From NCBI GenBank assembly GCA_041663005.1, contig JBAZRK010000001.1, positions 93,360 through 157,359 of the forward strand: a DNA stretch of 64,000 bases, read 5' to 3'. This stretch comes from Minisyncoccota bacterium. Lineage in GTDB: Bacteria > Patescibacteriota > Minisyncoccia > Phycocordibacterales > UBA9973. A program made the position numbers and the translations under genes. Below, piece after piece: positions 61,221 to 64,000 of this stretch (its first letter is position 1; each line of letters starts with the position of its first letter). A model generated the notes under the pieces. The model was given only the letters and a program-made list of their open reading frames with translations. It searched no databases and had not been told where the DNA came from.

Positions 61221-62120
61221 ATGAACAAGAATAAGAAAAAATTAATCACTCATAATGGCTCTTTTCACGCGGACGATATTTTCGCGACTGCGGCGCTGTC
61301 TATTTATTTAGAAAGTAAAGGTGAAGAATTTGAAATCATCCGTACTCGTGACCCGGAAATAATGAAAACCGGTGACTATGTATATGACGTAGGAGGTATC
61401 TATGATGAGGCGACAAATAGATTTGACCATCACCAGGCGGAGGGAGCAGGCACAGGTGCCTACGGGATTGAATATTCTTCGCTCGGGCTAGTCTGGAAAA
61501 AATTTGGGGAAGAGATAGCGGGAGGGTCCAAGCCTGCGAAAATAATCGAGAGAAGGCTTTGCGCGCCGATAGACGCCTGGGACAACGGTTTCGACGTAGT
61601 AAAGAGCGCCCACGAAATATCGCCTTACTATATCCAAAATGTTTTCTTTGCGATGTTGCCGACATGGAAAGAGCATACAGAGGACATTGATAAAGTTTTT
61701 TTGAAATGCGTCGAGCTAGCGAAAATGATTCTCGAGAGAGAAATTATCCAAGCCCGCGATGTGGTTGAAGCCGAAGAAGCCATTCTCTCCGCGTATGAAA
61801 AGTCAGCTGACAAGAGAATTGTAGTGCTCGAGAAAAATTATCCCTTCGAATACGTCCTCTTTAATTTCCCTGAACCAATATACGCGATTTATCCGAGGAA
61901 GACCGGTGACTCCTGGGGGGTGAAGTGCATTCGCAAGGATTTGAAAACTTTTACCAATCGCAAAGACCTGCCGGAATCTTGGGCGGGGTTAAAGGATGAA
62001 GAATTACAAAAAGTTACGGGAGTCGCAGATGCAATATTCTGCCACAGGGCACGCTTCACTGCGGTCGCAAAGTCGAAAGAAGGAGCAATCAAGCTAGCTG
62101 AGCTCGCGGTCAAACAATAA
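61221..62120 (+). CDS. MYG1 family (DHH-like) exonuclease
   Basis: THNGSFHADD, RTRD, DVGG.YD..TNRFDHHQ, LPESWAGL, FCH. Confidence 0.9.
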   Translation: MNKNKKKLITHNGSFHADDIFATAALSIYLESKGEEFEIIRTRDPEIMKTGDYVYDVGGIYDEATNRFDHHQAEGAGTGAYGIEYSSLGLVWKKFGEEIAGGSKPAKIIERRLCAPIDAWDNGFDVVKSAHEISPYYIQNVFFAMLPTWKEHTEDIDKVFLKCVELAKMILEREIIQARDVVEAEEAILSAYEKSADKRIVVLEKNYPFEYVLFNFPEPIYAIYPRKTGDSWGVKCIRKDLKTFTNRKDLPESWAGLKDEELQKVTGVADAIFCHRARFTAVAKSKEGAIKLAELAVKQ

Positions 62121-62124
62121 ATAT

Positions 62125-63096
62125 ATGGCATTCATTGATGAAATTAAATTTAGTGCGGAAGCCGGTCGCGGTGGCGATGGTGTGGTGCGCTGGCGCCAGG
62201 AGAAGTTCGTGCCGAAAGGCGGGCCTGCGGGAGGTGACGGCGGTCGCGGGGGAAATTTCTACGTCGAAGCAGTTCGCGACATTCACGTTCTATCCAAGTA
62301 CAAGGCCAAGAAAGAATTCGAGGCCGGGCGCGGGGAAGACGGCGGCAAGAAAAGCTTACATGGGAAAAACGGCGAAGACTTTATTTTGAAATTACCGGTG
62401 GGTGCCATTGTTAAGAATCTGGAGACGGATGAAACTTGGGAGCTCGAGAAACCGGGGCAAAGGGTAATGATTTTGAAAGGGGGACACGGAGGCTTCGGTA
62501 ATGAGCATTTCAAAAGTTCCACCAACACGACGCCGAAAGATTTTCGTCCCGGCAAGGATGGTGAGAAAGGAGTGTTTCATGTGGAGCTCGAGCTTTTCGC
62601 AGACATTGGACTTATCGGAGAGCCGAACGCCGGGAAAACTTCACTGCTTAACTCTCTCACCAATGCGGCAGCGAAAGTCGGGGATTATGAGTTCACGACA
62701 CTAGACCCGAACTTGGGAGACTTCTACGGGTATATAATCGCCGATATTCCCGGACTAATAGAAGGTGCTTCAGAGGGCAAAGGTTTGGGTATTAAATTTC
62801 TCCGGCATATTAAACGAACTAAAATGCTCGCCCACCTTGTTTCCTTCGAGAATTCGGCGATGATTAAGCGCTACAAAGAAATAAGGAAAGAATTAAAGAA
62901 ATACGGACAGGGCTTGGATGAAAAAAAGGAAATTATAATCTTGACGAAAAGTGATGTGGTCGACAAGAAATTTGTTGATAAAAAAGTACAAGAATTTAAA
63001 AAAATAAATAGCAAAGTATTTACCCTGACTCTCTACGATGATGCCTCGGTGAAAAAGCTCAGAGACGCACTGGTAAAAATCTTAGAAAAATTGTAA
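62125..63096 (+). CDS. obgE: GTPase ObgE/CgtA
   Basis: Gly-rich Obg domain, GEPNAGKT, FTTLDPNLG, DIPGLIEGAS. Confidence 0.96.
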   Translation: MAFIDEIKFSAEAGRGGDGVVRWRQEKFVPKGGPAGGDGGRGGNFYVEAVRDIHVLSKYKAKKEFEAGRGEDGGKKSLHGKNGEDFILKLPVGAIVKNLETDETWELEKPGQRVMILKGGHGGFGNEHFKSSTNTTPKDFRPGKDGEKGVFHVELELFADIGLIGEPNAGKTSLLNSLTNAAAKVGDYEFTTLDPNLGDFYGYIIADIPGLIEGASEGKGLGIKFLRHIKRTKMLAHLVSFENSAMIKRYKEIRKELKKYGQGLDEKKEIIILTKSDVVDKKFVDKKVQEFKKINSKVFTLTLYDDASVKKLRDALVKILEKL

Positions 63097-63107
63097 GATA
63101 ACTAGAT

Positions 63108-64000
63108 ATGAATAAACTTTTCGCATTATTTAAACGTAAATATGTGTACTGGGGCGCCGGAGCCGCTGTTTTACTTGTGGGTGGTTTTTTCTTATTTAGC
63201 GGCGACAACTCTTCAGCAAATACTATTATCATAAATAAGAGCGATTTCGTAAACCAAGTATCCATTTCAGGTAAAGTTGTGACGGCCAGTGAAGCGGATT
63301 TAGGATTTGCTGCTTCCGGCAGAATTGGCCGAATTTATGTTAAGAATAATAACAATGTTAGGGCCGGGCAGACTCTAGCCCAGCTTGAGATTTCCGATTT
63401 ACTGGCGGATTTGAAAATAAAAGAAATAAATTCCAAAACCTCAAGTGCCAGTCTCGACGATGCACGTGAGAATGTGGAAAAAGTAACGACACAGCAAGAC
63501 ACGAAAGTTGAAAGTGCCTATCGGAAACTCTTAGGAGAGGATTTGGATCTCATACCAGACTCAAATTCTTATACCGTAGAGACTCCGACAATTAGCGGGA
63601 TTTATGATGGACCGGAAGGCACCTATAAACTGATAATGGCGAAGGAAAATGTCACCCTTTCCGACGTTAACATGAGAACTTTCGGTTTGGAAAAAACAGA
63701 CAGAGAAATCAATGAGGAGGGTCCTACTCCGCTAGGTACCAGGGGGTTATTCATTTCATTCGAGGATGATGTAGAGACATATGATGATACGACTTGGTTC
63801 CTAAATATACCGAATAAATCCGGGGCATCATATCTTGCCAATTACAATGCCTACAATGAAGCTAAAAAAGCACGCGACCTAGCTATCAAGGACGCTGAGT
63901 TCGAATATCAAAAACTTTTGACGGAAGAGAACGGTGGAATGTCTTCTGTAGCGCAGGCTGAGATAGACAAGATTCGCGCTGACATCCGCAAGAACACTAT
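63108..64000 (+). CDS. efflux RND transporter periplasmic adaptor (HlyD-like), truncated by window edge
   Basis: MNKLFALFKRKY..TM..VSISGKVV...DLGFAASGRIGRIYVK...VRAGQTLAQL, coiled coil; open to the window end. Confidence 0.75.
   Translation, partial: MNKLFALFKRKYVYWGAGAAVLLVGGFFLFSGDNSSANTIIINKSDFVNQVSISGKVVTASEADLGFAASGRIGRIYVKNNNNVRAGQTLAQLEISDLLADLKIKEINSKTSSASLDDARENVEKVTTQQDTKVESAYRKLLGEDLDLIPDSNSYTVETPTISGIYDGPEGTYKLIMAKENVTLSDVNMRTFGLEKTDREINEEGPTPLGTRGLFISFEDDVETYDDTTWFLNIPNKSGASYLANYNAYNEAKKARDLAIKDAEFEYQKLLTEENGGMSSVAQAEIDKIRADIRKNT

Overview
Chromosomal segment of a reduced-genome bacterium. The gene set, short aaRSs and SD-less AT-rich translation starts suggest Patescibacteria/CPR (Parcubacteria-like); this is inference. 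Most of the window is housekeeping: leuS, murJ, lepA, eno, ppsA, valS, tsaD, gdhA, trxB, ftsZ/ftsA, ybeY, rpsU, greA, lysS, mraZ-rsmH-ftsL-ftsI-murF, trpB, rmuC, obgE and 7 tRNAs. Two accessory zones stand out. (1) About 29.9-33.8 kb: three GC-rich orphan mini-operons, each with a sigma70 promoter and strong Shine-Dalgarno sites. Each ends in the same identical 46-bp hairpin repeat followed by two further conserved hairpins (one covarying), forming a ~130-nt 3' RNA/DNA tag of unknown function. (2) About 33.9-42.9 kb: an AT-rich serine-recombinase island at tRNA-Glu. It carries two divergent SAM-I-like riboswitches, a direct-repeat tract, a third unrecognised riboswitch-like RNA, and a nuclease/PIN/HEPN candidate defence cluster. 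Also noted: an alpha/beta-hydrolase inserted in LeuRS, palindromic elements inserted in-frame in housekeeping genes, and a Trp attenuator before a lone trpB. All family calls come from motif recognition by eye; no searches were run.
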